Shown one piece after another: positions 6,665 through 13,612 of a stretch of DNA of 13,612 nucleotides (positions are counted from its first letter, which is position 1; every line of letters starts with the position of its first letter). A model generated the notes under the pieces. That model was not told where the DNA came from, made no database searches, and saw nothing but the letters and a program-made list of their open reading frames with translations. This stretch comes from Archangiaceae bacterium (lineage in GTDB: Bacteria > Myxococcota > Myxococcia > Myxococcales > Myxococcaceae). The stretch is from the NCBI GenBank assembly GCA_043750125.1, contig JAYVCD010000321.1:1-13612 (forward strand), read 5' to 3'. Position numbers and translations under genes: made by a program.

Positions 6665-6680
6665 TGGCGGTCGGTTTGCA
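6665..6680 (+). promoter_or_regulatory. Putative sigma54 -24/-12 promoter for the SDR-derived gene
   Basis: TGGCGGTCGGTTTGCA with GG-N10-GC spacing and a TTTGCA -12 element. It is followed by SD AAGGAG (6709-6714) and ATG 6719. Confidence 0.6.
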
Positions 6681-6718
6681 CCTGAGGTCTGCATCGGCTC
6701 GATTGCAAAGGAGCGCGC

Positions 6719-7174
6719 ATGAAAATCGCCCTGAACACTCCGTACGTCGAGCACTCGAAGAATTCCCTCGCAGTCGAACCGACGAACCTTCCGCCGGTCT
6801 ACGAGCCCCAGGTGGTCGTCAGAGCGATCCTGCATGCCGCGACCCACCCGGTTCGCGAGATCTACGCCGGAGGTTTTGCCAAGGTGACGGCGATCTCGGG
6901 GACCTTTGCTCCGCGGACCACCGACGCGGTGATGAAGCGCACGATGTTCAACGGGCAGAAAAAGCACCAGCCCCGGCAGCGCGATGGGGACGGCGCCCTG
7001 TACGCGCCGGGAAGTGATGGTCGGGTGCGCGGCGACTACACCGGCCGGGTTCTGCGGCACAGTCTGTACACCCGCTTCGCGATGAACCCGGTTCGCAGCG
7101 CGCTGTTGGCTTTGGTGATGGGCGGGGCGGCGCTCGCAGCTTCGCTTCGAAGACGTCGAATCGCCGGGTTGTAA
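6719..7174 (+). pseudogene. Short-chain dehydrogenase/reductase with the Rossmann and catalytic core deleted in frame
   Basis: LNTPYVEHSKN.L.VEP...PPVYEP.VV..AILHAA.HPVREIY.GG is the post-catalytic part of an SDR subfamily with a C-terminal hydrophobic tail. There is no TGxxxGxG or YxxxK, although the SD and start (MKIAL) look native. Confidence 0.8.
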
Positions 7175-7197
7175 AAAACAGTGGTAGGTCGGCGGGC

Positions 7198-7800
7198 ATG
7201 AATCGGTGCTCATGGCTGCTGACGTGCCTGCTGATGTCCGGTTGCGGCGGCTGTTCCCCCGATTCCGTCAAACCTCCCGGCGATCAAGTGATGGGCACCT
7301 TCGTGCTGCACAGCAAGGGGATCTACGCCGCGTGTGGCCTGCCCGGCTTTCCGGCGAACTACGATTTCGAAGGGACCTTCTCGCGCTTCACCGATGGGGG
7401 GCGCGTCTTCTTCACCGTCCAGGGAATTCAGTTCGACGCGGGGTTCGATGGGCAGTTTGCCTCGTACGGTGAAACGGAAAATCGAGGCTTCGACCTGGCC
7501 GACGGGGGCAATTGCAACTCATGCGAGATGAGGTTGGTGCAGACGGGCACGTTGGCCCTGTTGTCGGAATCGCAAAGCAAAGCCCTGGGTGACGTCTGCC
7601 CGACCCATGCTTTGGACGGTGGGGTGCCGGGCCTGAACGAGGACGCGGGCATCGCGCTGCCGGGGACGACCGATGCGGGCTTCGATGCCGTGCGTGCCTG
7701 CGGAGAGCTCAAAGTGTCGATCACCGGTGAAGGCTTCTGCGACCCGGCCTGCTACTCGTGCCAGCTGCAGTACCGCCTCAGTGGCGAGCGGAAGAAGTAA
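7198..7800 (+). CDS. Hypothetical Cys-containing lipoprotein (200 aa)
   Basis: Signal peptide II MNRCSWLLTCLLMSG/C, coding-like GC3, paired Cys (NCNSC, CDPACYSC) and recurrent DGG/DAG motifs. Confidence 0.8.
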   Translation: MNRCSWLLTCLLMSGCGGCSPDSVKPPGDQVMGTFVLHSKGIYAACGLPGFPANYDFEGTFSRFTDGGRVFFTVQGIQFDAGFDGQFASYGETENRGFDLADGGNCNSCEMRLVQTGTLALLSESQSKALGDVCPTHALDGGVPGLNEDAGIALPGTTDAGFDAVRACGELKVSITGEGFCDPACYSCQLQYRLSGERKK

Positions 7801-7859
7801 AGTCACAGTTGTCCGTGGGCCCTCTGCTCGTAACGCGCTGCAACTTCTCCGCCTGCCCG

Positions 7860-7875
7860 CGGCAAGCCTCTTGCT
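7860..7875 (+). promoter_or_regulatory. Putative sigma54 -24/-12 promoter
   Basis: CGGCAAGCCTCTTGCT with GG-N10-GC spacing and a TTGCT -12 element. The predicted transcription start is only a few nt before ATG 7889, so the mRNA would be nearly leaderless. Confidence 0.5.
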
Positions 7876-7888
7876 CGGGACGGCGCCC

Positions 7889-8231
7889 ATGAAGCCCCGT
7901 TTGTCGCTGCTTCTGATTTCCTGCCTCTGGGTCGGGTGTGGTCGTTCGCTCTTCCCGCCCTCGGCTGTCCCCAACCGCAGTGCTGCTCGAAGCAGGCCGA
8001 TTGCACCGGCAGTCAGACCTGCATTCCACCGGGCGCGCCGCTGGGGTGTGGCGCCTGCTTTCCTGCAACGAGCTCGTGCGCCATCGACTCTGATTGCAGC
8101 CCTTCGACGACCGGAAAAATCTGCAAGCCAATCTTTTGCAGCTGCAACGGTTCACTGAGTTGTCAGGACGGTTGTACTGCGAACAGCGACTGTCAGACCG
8201 AAGGAGATGTCTGCAATACGGCACCGGCCCC
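7889..8231 (+). pseudogene. Cys-rich repeat lipoprotein, frameshifted after the signal peptide and 3'-truncated
   Basis: Signal peptide II MKPRLSLLLISCLWVG/C from ATG 7889 is in one frame. The Cys-rich body with three C-x4-DC units (CSKQADC, CAIDSDC, CTANSDC) is in the -1 frame from about 7960 (ORF 7936). The pattern stops at about 8225. Confidence 0.7.
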
Positions 8232-8338
8232 ACCCAGCCCGACATCACGGTCGGGTGCCTGTTCAGTTACCTGCGAATGCGGCTGGCGGAAGCGGTGCCG
8301 GAAAGAAGCTACCCCGGTTGAATCGGCTGACCGACGAG
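8232..8338 (+). pseudogene. Glutathione S-transferase C-terminal fragment
   Basis: TQPDITVGCLFSYLRMRLAEAVPERSYP then, after a -1 shift in the C run at 8312-8315, RLNRLTDE. This fits the GST N-capping box (S/T-x-x-D) and the YP.L motif. Confidence 0.5.
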
Positions 8339-8379
8339 CGCGACCGAGACGATGCCGCTTTGGCCGGCGAACTCGCGGC

Positions 8380-8568
8380 CTACTTCACCAGCAGGTCCGG
8401 TCGGGCCCGCCCGTCGAAGGTGAAGTTCGGCCACTTCGAATCGAAGGTCAGAATTTCGATTCCCTGGGCACTCACCACTGCGGTGTCCTCGATCTTCGCC
8501 CCAGGCAGCGAAGGGTTCCACGCCACGGCGTTCGACGGGCCCAGCCGCAGCTGCGAGTCGGGCCGGGT
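8380..8568 (-). pseudogene. M24 (Xaa-Pro peptidase / creatinase fold) C-terminal fragment
   Basis: AVAWNPSLPGAKIEDTAVVSAQGIEILT.D..WP.....GRARPDLLVK* matches the M24 terminal G.(R/K)IED..VV...G.E.LT motif. The stop is native and the whole 5' part is missing. Confidence 0.75.
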
Positions 8569-8686
8569 CGGTTGCCAGCTGACACCTCTGGGTGTCCTCT
8601 CCGACCAGGCGTTCGACCAGCGCGAGGATGTCGGGATCTTCGAAAACCTCGGGGTCCGCCCACGGAGGCACGAAGGGCAGGGTGAC
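8567..8686 (-). pseudogene. Internal fragment resembling a phytanoyl-CoA dioxygenase (PhyH-like) family protein
   Basis: VTLPFVPPWADPEVFEDPDILALVERLVGEDTQRCQLATD. The P.IL..VE.L.G.D segment precedes the HxD motif in PhyH-like enzymes. 40 codons with no start or stop of their own. Confidence 0.5.
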
Positions 8687-9222
8687 TCAACCTGATCCGG
8701 GCCGGCGCGAACCTGCGGGTGGTCGACGGATTTGATCGTTCGCCGGGCAAGGCGGGCAAGCCGGCCGCCCCGCGCAAGGGCGCGCCCTCGAAGGCCAGCG
8801 GCCCGGGGCCGTCTGCGATTGTCGGCGGCTCGATTCACGCCACCGCTGCGATGAAGCGCCTTGCTGAAGCGGGCAGGCGCGCCGCGATGGGCATGGGTGG
8901 GTACAACAGCCAGGGGTTGTGTGCGACCGGAGTGAGTCGCGCGATCCAGTCGGCGTTGGGGCTTTCGGTTCACGGCAACGGGAACCAGATCGACAACAAC
9001 CTGCCAAAGAACAAGTTCAAGCAGGTGAACATCTCGTTGGCCGAAGCGCTGAAGATCCCCGGGTTGGTTCTGACCTGGGAAAAGACCTCGAGCGCGGCAG
9101 GCAGCATCTACGGACACACCGCGATCACCCTGGGTGATGGTCATTCGTCGTCCAGCGACTTCATCGAGCGCAACACCCACAACACCGGCCGATCGGGCCT
9201 GAAGATCTTCGTTCCGATCTAA
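8686..9222 (+). pseudogene. 5'-truncated LysM-domain protein with a C-terminal papain-like (CHAP/NlpC-like) putative peptidoglycan amidase domain
   Basis: In frame and upstream of the ORF-track start is LNLIRAGANLRV (8686-8721), the end of a LysM motif (N.I..G..L.I/V), preceded directly by TGA. A Pro/Lys/Ala linker follows, then GLCATGVSRA (Cys), YGHTAI (His) and SDF. Confidence 0.7.
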
Positions 9223-9238
9223 GCCTGCCGCGGCAGCG

Positions 9239-10291
9239 CTACGGGTGCGGATGCCGGTGATGGACGTCTGAGGCGTGCGGATGCTCGTGGCTCAACGCTT
9301 CGTGCCGGTGAAGGTGCGAGTGCGCAGGGCCCGCGGGGCCGTGTGGATGGTGTTCATCGTGGGTGTGCAGGTGGTCGTGTTCCAGCGCCTCGTGAAGGTG
9401 CGGGTGTTGGTGGCGGGTCCGCACCAGTACGACGACGCCCAGGATCATCAGCGCGGCCGCGGCGGCTTCCGGCCACGAAGGGCGTTCCCCGAGCAGGGGA
9501 ATGGCCAGCAGCGCCCCGACGTAAGGAGCCGTGGCAAACAATGCCGCCTGGCGCGCCGCCCCCAGCAGCCGCAGGGCCCGGGTCGCCAGCACGATGCTCA
9601 GGCCGTAGCCCAGGCTGCCCACCAAAAGCGCAGCCCCGATCTGCTGCAGGGGCGGGAAGGCCTGATGGGTCACCCTCGCCAGGCCCAGTGAAACGCAGCC
9701 GGCCGCCAGGGACTTGAACCGGGCGCTCGCGACGGGATCTCGCAGCGAGAGGCGTTGGGTGAGGTTGTTGTCCAGCGCCCAGCAGGCACAGGCCCCCACC
9801 ACGGCGGCGATCCCGAGCCCATCGGGTGCCAGCGTCCCGGGGCGGTAGGCGAGCAGCCCCGCGCCGAGAAGAATCAACCCGACCGCAGCCAACTCGCGCC
9901 GACCCAGATGCTCGTGGAAGAGCCCGACCGCGAGGATGATGGTCAACGGTGCTTCCAGATTGAGCAGCAGCGTCGAGGTCAGGCCGGTCAGTCGCTGCAG
10001 CCCCACCAACAAGAGAATCGGGCCCAGGACCCCTCCGAAACCGACGATTCCGGCCAGGAGCGGCGCGTCAGCCCAGCGAAGAGGGGCCTCTGCTGAAGGC
10101 CCGGGCCTGCGAGAAATCATTCGGACGGCGGTCAGCCCGAGCCCCGCTCCCAGGTAGAGAAGACTGGCGAGCGCCAGCGGGCTCGAGCCCGGCAGCAGCA
10201 ATTTCGAAAGCGGAGCGCTGGCCCCGAACAGAGCCGCGGAGGCCAACGCGAGCGCACTGCCCCGGACTTCACTGCGTTCAAAAACCGGCAT
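9239..10291 (-). CDS. EamA/DMT family transporter with a His-rich C-terminal tail (350 aa)
   Basis: About 10 hydrophobic helices in two repeats, with ALASAALFGASAP.SKLLL, LLLNLE, CWALDNNLT, GYGLS and FA.APYVGA. Start ATG 10291 lies 4 nt after the upstream stop and has a GAGG SD. Confidence 0.9.
   Translation of the reverse strand: MPVFERSEVRGSALALASAALFGASAPLSKLLLPGSSPLALASLLYLGAGLGLTAVRMISRRPGPSAEAPLRWADAPLLAGIVGFGGVLGPILLLVGLQRLTGLTSTLLLNLEAPLTIILAVGLFHEHLGRRELAAVGLILLGAGLLAYRPGTLAPDGLGIAAVVGACACWALDNNLTQRLSLRDPVASARFKSLAAGCVSLGLARVTHQAFPPLQQIGAALLVGSLGYGLSIVLATRALRLLGAARQAALFATAPYVGALLAIPLLGERPSWPEAAAAALMILGVVVLVRTRHQHPHLHEALEHDHLHTHDEHHPHGPAGPAHSHLHRHEALSHEHPHASDVHHRHPHP
9242..9412 (-). 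repeat. Duplicated His-rich peptide repeat (HxHxHxHEALxHxHxHxxDxHHxH twice)
   Basis: 22 His in the last 57 residues; the two units are separated by GPAGPA. Confidence 0.85.
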
Positions 10292-10295
10292 CGGG

Positions 10296-11663
10296 CTATT
10301 CGTCCTCGCTCTCGTCTTTTCCCAGGCCATGCTTCCGCACCAGGCGATGCAGGTAGACGCGATCGAGGCCCGCTTCCTTCGCGGCCGCGGTCACGTTGCC
10401 TGAGAAGCGCACCAACAGATCGTCGAGGTAACGCCGCTCGAAGTCGTCGACCAGCTCGTTTTTAGATTCTTTGAACGGCCGATGGCTGGGTCCCTTTTCG
10501 GCACCGGGCGCTCGCTGGTTCGGCGCCAGGGTCTCGAGCGAAGGAAGCTCGGCCATCGAGCCCAACGCGAGCATCCGTTCGACCAGGTTCTTCAGCTCGC
10601 GGACGTTGCCGGGGAAATGGTACGCGCTTAGCGCGGCGCGAAGCTCGGGGCCGATCAGCGAGGGAGACTTCCCCTGCTTCCGGGTAAACGAGTCGATCAG
10701 CAGGTCGAGATCTTCGCGGCGTTCGCGCAGGGGCGGCAGCACCAGCTGTACGGTGAACAGCCGGTGGTACAGATCTTCGCGGAACCGGCCCGCCTTTACT
10801 TCGGCCTTCAAGTCTCGGTGAGTGGCCGCGATGATCCGGAAGTCGATCGTCTTGAAGTCCGAAGAGCCCAGGGGGCGGACTTCTTTTCGCTCGAGCGCGC
10901 GCAGCAGTCGAGGCTGCAGCTCGAGAGGAAGCTCGGCGACCTCGTCGAAGAAGAGCGTGCCCTTGTGTCCCTGCTCGATGAGCCCGACCCGGTCGGCGAC
11001 GGCGCCGGTGAGCGCTCCTTTTCGGTGACCGAACAGCTCAGACTCGATCAGGCTCGCAGTCACCGTCGAGAGGTCCGCCACCAACAGCGGCCCTTTGGCC
11101 CGTGGGCTGGCATCGTGAATCGCGCGGGCGCAGACCTCTTTGCCGGTTCCGGTCTCGCCGGTGATCAGCACCGCGGCGTCGGTGACCGAGACCCGTTCGG
11201 CGAGCGCAAACAGCTGCCGCATCGCGACGCTTTTGCCCAGCATTCCTCCGAAGCTCGTGGATTGTGAGAGCTCTGAGCGGCCGTACCCCACGAAGGCGGG
11301 CAGCAGCTTGAGCATCACCCGGCCGAGGCGAATGATGGCTCCGCTTTGGGCGCTGACCCGATCGAAGCGAACGTTGTCGCAAAACGAGCCATTGGTAGAG
11401 CCGAGATCCGTGAGCTGAACTCCGGCGGCCGTCACCTCGATCATCAGGTGCTCGCGCGAGACCGAACCGTCGACGACGACCAGCTCGCACGATTCGTCTT
11501 TGCCCACCCGGTAGCGGCCGCCCTTGAGCTCGATGCTCTTGCCCAGGTCGGTGCCGGTCACCACCGCCAGTCGCAACGGCACCGCGGTGGACTGGGTGGG
11601 GGCGAGCAGCTTCTCGGTGACGGAGGTCGGCGATTCTTGCGGTACGCGCGTCTTTTCACTCAT
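10296..11663 (-). CDS. FHA-domain sigma54-dependent transcriptional regulator (FHA - AAA+ - Fis HTH)
   Basis: FHA motifs VGK...D.SVSREH and DLGSTNGS, Walker A GETGTGKE, ESELFGH.KGALTGA, Walker B TLFFDEV, GRFREDLYHRL, PGNVREL.N, and HTH GNVTAAAKEAGLDRVYLHRL. Confidence 0.95.
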   Translation of the reverse strand: MSEKTRVPQESPTSVTEKLLAPTQSTAVPLRLAVVTGTDLGKSIELKGGRYRVGKDESCELVVVDGSVSREHLMIEVTAAGVQLTDLGSTNGSFCDNVRFDRVSAQSGAIIRLGRVMLKLLPAFVGYGRSELSQSTSFGGMLGKSVAMRQLFALAERVSVTDAAVLITGETGTGKEVCARAIHDASPRAKGPLLVADLSTVTASLIESELFGHRKGALTGAVADRVGLIEQGHKGTLFFDEVAELPLELQPRLLRALERKEVRPLGSSDFKTIDFRIIAATHRDLKAEVKAGRFREDLYHRLFTVQLVLPPLRERREDLDLLIDSFTRKQGKSPSLIGPELRAALSAYHFPGNVRELKNLVERMLALGSMAELPSLETLAPNQRAPGAEKGPSHRPFKESKNELVDDFERRYLDDLLVRFSGNVTAAAKEAGLDRVYLHRLVRKHGLGKDESEDE

Positions 11664-11781
11664 CGGTTGGCAGGGGGCGAGTCGCGAAGGATCTGAAGGG
11701 TGGTCATGCGGCGGGTCCGAAGGCTCTGCGCTTTTGCCCGATCCAGCAACTGTCGAAACGAGACCGGTGGTGGGTGGGCCG

Positions 11782-12660
11782 TCAGCCCGAGGTCTCCCGG
11801 GTTGCGCAGGACCAGCCGGATTCCCAACAGGGCCAGGACCACGCAGGCACCAGGGTGTGGTCGTGCGACATCATTTGTTTGTTCTTCGCGCCGTAATCGG
11901 TGTTCGCCGTTTCCCGCTCGACCCCAAACGCGCTCGTTCCCGCGTACTCGCGCGGCAGCCATTGATTGCCGAGCACCTTCATCGATCGCTCGTAGGGTCT
12001 GAACCGCGCGCTGCTCGGCGACTGCTGTTCGAACGGCAGCCGGATTTTCCCGCTGCCCACTTCGCCCGGGGCGGCCGTTTCCAGCACCCGGGTGGTGGTC
12101 TGGTCGATCAACCCTCCGCGGGCCTCGACCGCATTTTTGAGCCGGTTGCTCGTCGACGACAGATCTCGGGCGTGCCGCTGCATCTGATAAAATTTGGCCG
12201 CCGCGGCCAGGTCCAGGCTCGTCCAGAGCGGGGTCGGATAGTTGAGGGCCCTGAAGTCGTTGAGCCCGTCGAGCGCAGTCTGAATCTGCCGGGCTTCGCC
12301 GCACGCGCACGAGCGCTGTCTGCAAAGGACGTTGCTGCAGCAGCCATCGAAGTTGCCCTTGATGTCACTGATGCCGGTGCGAACGTTGAAGAGGGCCGAG
12401 CGCACGAAGCTGGCGTAGGCGACCCCCGCGTGGTGTCCGGCCAGCGCGGCTCCGTCGGCGGCGGCAGCGCGGTTGATCACCGACAGGGCGTTGAAATAGC
12501 GCGCCGTGATCACCGCCTGGTTGTAGGCCGAGGCGTCGGCCAGTTCCTGCATTCGCATCCGCTCGCGCGTCCGGTGCGCGAGCGACAGGTTCATGAACAC
12601 GAACAGGCTCAGCACCAGCAGGCACAACGACCAGAGCACCAGGCTTTGTCCCCGGTGCAT
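11782..12660 (-). CDS. Tad/Flp pilus TadG-like (pseudopilin-type N-terminus) protein, possibly 3'-truncated
   Basis: RGQ prepilin-like motif followed by a TM helix (SLVLWSLCLLVLSLFVFMNLSL) and Q..ADASAY..AV..AR.FN.....NRA. ATG 12660 is preferred to 12783. Confidence 0.7.
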   Translation of the reverse strand: MHRGQSLVLWSLCLLVLSLFVFMNLSLAHRTRERMRMQELADASAYNQAVITARYFNALSVINRAAAADGAALAGHHAGVAYASFVRSALFNVRTGISDIKGNFDGCCSNVLCRQRSCACGEARQIQTALDGLNDFRALNYPTPLWTSLDLAAAAKFYQMQRHARDLSSTSNRLKNAVEARGGLIDQTTTRVLETAAPGEVGSGKIRLPFEQQSPSSARFRPYERSMKVLGNQWLPREYAGTSAFGVERETANTDYGAKNKQMMSHDHTLVPAWSWPCWESGWSCATRETSG

Positions 12661-12690
12661 CTTCAGCCCGCTGCGCGTCGGCAGCGGAAA

Positions 12691-13491
12691 TTCAAGCAGG
12701 CGCTCGAGGGGCTGATTGTCCAGCGGCGACTGCCGGCGACCCGCGCTCACGTGGTGCACTGCGTCACCACCCTGTTTCCACACGAGGCGATGAGCCCGCT
12801 CAATGTCGGCGAAGTCGACGCGACGACCCCCCGGGGGACGCTGCTCAAAGACAGCACCGACGTGACGTTGACCGACGAGTCACGCCAGCCGACGTGGACC
12901 CAGTCGATCTCGACCGACCTGCGGCAGATCTTCGAATCGGGACGCTCGCTCGAGCCGCGCATCAGCAGCAGCGGGCTGGTCTTCAAAGCGGTGATCCAGG
13001 CGTGCGAGGCCGCCGCGCAGGGCCCGGGCCTTCAAAAGCTCCAACAGTCGTTTGGGGGGCCGCTGGAAATCGATGTCACCCGCCGAATGCCGACCCGAGA
13101 GGTCAGCCGACTGCTCGAAGCGGCGCTGTCGGTGCTGGGCCTGGCGGGAAGCGACTCGGAGGCTGCGCTCGAGGCGGTGGGCGCGGCGCTCTTCGATGCG
13201 GTGGAAAACACCGCCCAGGGCCGGACCTTGAAGCGAGGCCGGGACGAGTCGGCACAAGCGCTCTGGCCGATGCTGGTCGAGCTGCTGCAGGGGCTGGTGA
13301 GCCCGGGCGAACGCAGGCTCGAGGCGGTGCGACCTCGATTCGCCCGCGTCCTCTTCAAAGACGAGCCGCTGCCGATTGCGCTGTACGTCGGTTGTTTTCG
13401 AAGGTTCCTCTACCGCCACGGGGGCTTCGAGCTGCAGGCGCAGGTCGAGACCGAGTCGGTACACCGTTACGACGTGGTGTTGCGCTGGTGA
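12691..13491 (+). CDS. DUF2378 / TIGR02265-like Myxococcales protein, preceded in frame by what looks like the tail of a Ser/Thr kinase domain (5'-truncated fusion; possible restart at ATG 12790)
   Basis: GLVFKAV, P..E..RLL, AL.AVG, T..GR.L, GERR.....ARV.F...LP...Y.G and terminal Y..V.RW match the family. In-frame upstream FKQALEGLIVQRRLPATRAHVVHCVTTLFPHE resembles the helices that close myxobacterial kinase domains. GAGG lies at 12784-12787 before ATG 12790. Confidence 0.7.
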   Translation, partial: FKQALEGLIVQRRLPATRAHVVHCVTTLFPHEAMSPLNVGEVDATTPRGTLLKDSTDVTLTDESRQPTWTQSISTDLRQIFESGRSLEPRISSSGLVFKAVIQACEAAAQGPGLQKLQQSFGGPLEIDVTRRMPTREVSRLLEAALSVLGLAGSDSEAALEAVGAALFDAVENTAQGRTLKRGRDESAQALWPMLVELLQGLVSPGERRLEAVRPRFARVLFKDEPLPIALYVGCFRRFLYRHGGFELQAQVETESVHRYDVVLRW

Positions 13492-13531
13492 GGCCTGCAG
13501 TGGCAGAGACTCAAACCCCAAGGGGTGCTCA

Positions 13532-13612
13532 ATGGCGCGTTTCAAACTTGTGGTGCCGGTCTTCGCCGTGCTGTGGGCCGGGTGCGCACCGTCGGGCGGC
13601 ACGGCCACCGCG
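13532..13612 (+). CDS. Putative lipoprotein, 5' end only (runs off the right edge)
   Basis: SD-like AGGGG at 13521-13525; MARFKLVVPVFAVLWAG/CAPSGGTATA is a signal peptide II with lipobox WAGC. Confidence 0.7.
   Translation, partial: MARFKLVVPVFAVLWAGCAPSGGTATA

Noticed and set aside
8380-9180. 266-aa minus-strand ORF as a complete M24 peptidase
   Set aside because: Only the last ~62 codons are M24-like; the rest is antisense to the LysM-amidase gene or out of frame with the PhyH-like fragment.
9225-9236. 12-bp perfect palindrome CTGCCGCGGCAG between convergent genes
   Set aside because: The stem is too short once a loop is allowed and there is no U-tract; such palindromes arise easily in high-GC DNA.
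11524-13491. 655-aa plus-strand ORF as one protein
   Set aside because: The first ~390 codons are the antisense shadow of the activator and Tad-like genes; protein-like sequence begins only at about 12691.
1-13612. tRNA/rRNA, CRISPR array, IS or integron cassette structure explaining the fragments
   Set aside because: By eye I found no cloverleaf or rRNA-like sequence, regularly spaced repeats, transposase/integrase motifs or recurring attC-like sites at the junctions. A covariance-model or repeat search was not run.

Overview
High-GC bacterial DNA, most likely Myxococcota: it has a TIGR02265/DUF2378-like gene, an FHA-sigma54 activator and several Cys-rich lipoproteins. All family calls come from recognising motifs by eye; no database search was run. 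The intact core (about 2139-5728) is a candidate trans-envelope proteolytic signalling module. It comprises an exported caspase-like (C14) protease with TPR-like and outer-membrane beta-barrel-like regions, an ECF sigma factor translationally coupled to a membrane-anchored DUF4384-type anti-sigma factor, and a divergent 10-Cys lipoprotein behind a pseudo-palindromic promoter-like element. Other apparently intact genes encode an MnmC-like methyltransferase, a His-tailed EamA/DMT transporter, an FHA-AAA+-Fis activator (GAFTGA changed to GALTGA) and several lipoproteins. Between these lie many sharply cut gene remnants: alpha/beta hydrolase, phosphoketolase, SDR, GST, M24 peptidase, PhyH-like dioxygenase, LysM-amidase, a Ser/Thr-kinase tail on the DUF2378 gene, and a possibly truncated Tad gene. 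Several junctions look like microhomology-guided deletions. Four sigma54-type -24/-12 sites are visible. I found no RNA genes, CRISPR arrays or transposases.
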